This document shows, one piece after another, positions 61,701-64,000 of a stretch of DNA of 64,000 bases (position 1 is its first letter; each line of letters opens with the position of its first letter). The DNA lies in NCBI RefSeq assembly GCF_006345805.1, contig NC_043006.1:64728001-64792000 (forward strand), read 5' to 3'. Both the position numbers and the translations under genes were made by a program. This stretch comes from Octopus sinensis. Lineage: Eukaryota. The notes under the pieces were generated by a model that worked only from the letters and a program-made list of their open reading frames with translations, made no database searches and was not told the DNA's origin.

Positions 61701-61984
61701 ATCTCTCTCTCTCACAGACAGGTGATACACAAAGATTATCATCATATTCATTATCATCATTTAACATCTGCTTTTCCATTCTTGTGGGGGGTCAGATAGA
61801 ATTTATTGAGGTAGATTTTCTATGGCAGCATACTCTTCCTGTTACCAACACTAACTTATTTTCCTATAGTGAAACAGGTTTTTCCTGAAAGACTGGACAT
61901 GAACAACCTCGCTTATATGACAGTGATGCTCATTTACAACCATCAGGTGATGTCTAGACAGGTACACACAAATATACACACACA

Positions 61985-63300
61985 CACACATTGTCGTTTT
62001 CAGTTTTTACCAAATCCGTTCTCAAAGTTTTGATCAACCCAGGGCTATAGCAGAAGGCACTTATCCAATGTGCTATGCAGTGGGATGAACCCATTGGGAC
62101 TGAACCCAATACACATGATTGGGAAGCAAGCACCTTAACCACACAGCTACACCTGCACCTAGGGCCTACAAGAAGGGCCAGTGATCCAGCCCAGGGTCCA
62201 AAGAGTAAGGAGGAGTCCATGACGAGGTTCTGGAACCTCCTCACTACAAAACAATAAAAAAAAGAAGTAAAATGTAAAAAAAACTTTCCTTCACAGCTTT
62301 CTTGAATTATGAGAGAACCATTCCTTTTAGCCTGAAAATAATCTTGTTCTGTTAATCCAAATTTCTGGTGTGGCTGTGAGGTAAGAAGCTTGGTTCCCAA
62401 ACACATGGCTCCGGGTTCAGTCCCACAGAGTGGTACTATAGCCTCAGGTTGACCAAAGCCTTGTGAGTGGATTTGGTAGATGGGAACTGAAAGAAGCCTG
62501 TCATATGTGTGTGTGTTTGTGAGAGAGAGAGAAAGTGTTTGTGTTTGTCCCCCACTGCTGCTTGACAACTGGTGTTGGTGCATTTACATCCTTGTAACTT
62601 AGCAGTCCAGCAAAAAGGAACTGATAGAATCAAGTTTAAAAAGGGGAGAAAAAGTACTGCAATTGATTCATTTGACAAGATATTCTTCAAGAAAATGCCC
62701 CAGCATGGTCCTGCAACAATGTGGTTTCAGGTTAACTCCTGCTACATAGCACATTGGACAAGTGTCTTCTACTATAGCTCAGGGCTGATCAATGTATTGT
62801 GAGTGGATCTAGTAGACAGAAACTGAGTAGAAATGTGTGTGTGTGTGTGTGTGTGCATCTTTGTACTTCATCCTCATCACCTGACAAATTACATGCAGTA
62901 CGGAATTTTGTCAGTGAACAGGTTGCGGTCTCAAACTGACAAAAATATTTTGGCAAATTAAATTTAAATGTTGAAGTGAATCTAACAGTTTTTGTGTGTT
63001 TCTTAAATGGCTTATAAACACCTTCCACACTGCAATTGTTTTCGTTTCAGCACATGAGCTCAGATAAGGTCACATGCTATGCAAGTACATCTCCGTAATA
63101 TATATATATATTATAAATTTCAACTAGCACCCACTACACTCTCGGAGTGGTTGGCGTCAGGAAGAGCATCAAGCTGTAGAAACTCTGCCAGATCAGACTG
63201 GAGCCTAGTGCAGCCATCTGGCTCGCCAGTCCTCTGTCAAATCGTCCAACCCATGCCAGCATCGAAAGCGGATGTTAAATGATGATGATGATTATATATA
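61985..63300. mobile_element. Family-A SINE pieces in both orientations and a family-C repeat (63125-63290)
   Basis: Motif matches as for the other copies. Confidence 0.75.
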
Positions 63301-63603
63301 TATAAATTAGAAAAAAAACACCTTTTATCAATTCAATAATGAAAAATTAAATTATACCATTTAGAAAAATTACTACCAAATATATACGTTTTATTTACTA
63401 TTTTGCATATTACTTAATCATTGTTATATGTTATATCTTACATTTAATCTTTCTATAATATGTAATTTTTCTAAATGGCATAATGGTGTTTTTTTTTTCT
63501 AATTTATATATATATATATATTATATTTTGTGAAATTTGATTTAGTATTTCTAAATTGAATTTTTCCCTGTAAGTTTGGAATAATATTCCCTCATATTAT
63601 TAT

Positions 63604-63674
<71 letters not shown>

Positions 63675-64000
63675 CACACACATACACATCATCATCATCA
63701 TGTAACATCTGCCCTCCATGCTAGCATGGGTGGGACAAATGTGTGTGTAATTTTCTTCCAATCACTTGACAACTGGTTTGTTTACATCCCCCATAACTTA
63801 GGGGTAACCCCAACATGACCACAATCCAATTATTGAAATGAATAAAAAATAAAAAAAGAATAGCTAAGTCAGAGGAAGAAAAGCAACTAGTACCCTTTGA
63901 TTGGCAGGGGGAAGTTATCCTCAGACCAGAAACCTGACCTCAGAGATAGAGTTCAACTAGGAAATAGATAAAGTTTGCTATTTACAAACAACAAGTCACC

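Noticed and set aside
1-64000. Intact transposase, RT or other long protein-coding ORF; rRNA; canonical tRNA
   Set aside because: None found; all transposon coding remnants have stops, frameshifts or deletions

Overview
AT-rich, microsatellite-dense animal genomic DNA. Its SINE/LINE families read as Octopus (coleoid cephalopod); this is recognised from memory, not from a database search. No long real ORF is present: nearly all ORF-track entries are microsatellite or antisense-repeat artefacts. The only convincing host-gene signal is a minus-strand promoter at about 17.03-17.17 kb (TATAAAAG, full CRE, two CCAAT boxes, E-box), followed by an ATG-free 5'UTR and a first exon ending ATG GCA G|GTAAGA. 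Its downstream exons could not be identified. The rest is a transposon mosaic: three SINE-type families, RTE and L1/Tx1 relics, mariner DD34D and DD37D relics, piggyBac/hAT/pogo MITEs, two non-autonomous Helitrons and Penelope-type repeats carrying minimal hammerhead ribozyme motifs. Most notable: (1) a composite VNTR + RTE-tail element in two inverted copies 35 kb apart, with a fixed 3' end and variable 5' end (SVA-like logic); (2) hammerhead motifs, one sense-oriented in the putative first intron; (3) a marked CpG-decay boundary near 41.5 kb; (4) a recurrent dimeric SINE; (5) a pre-miRNA-like hairpin. The 10.7-15.1 kb region has signs of possible mis-assembly. Many repeat boundaries are approximate.
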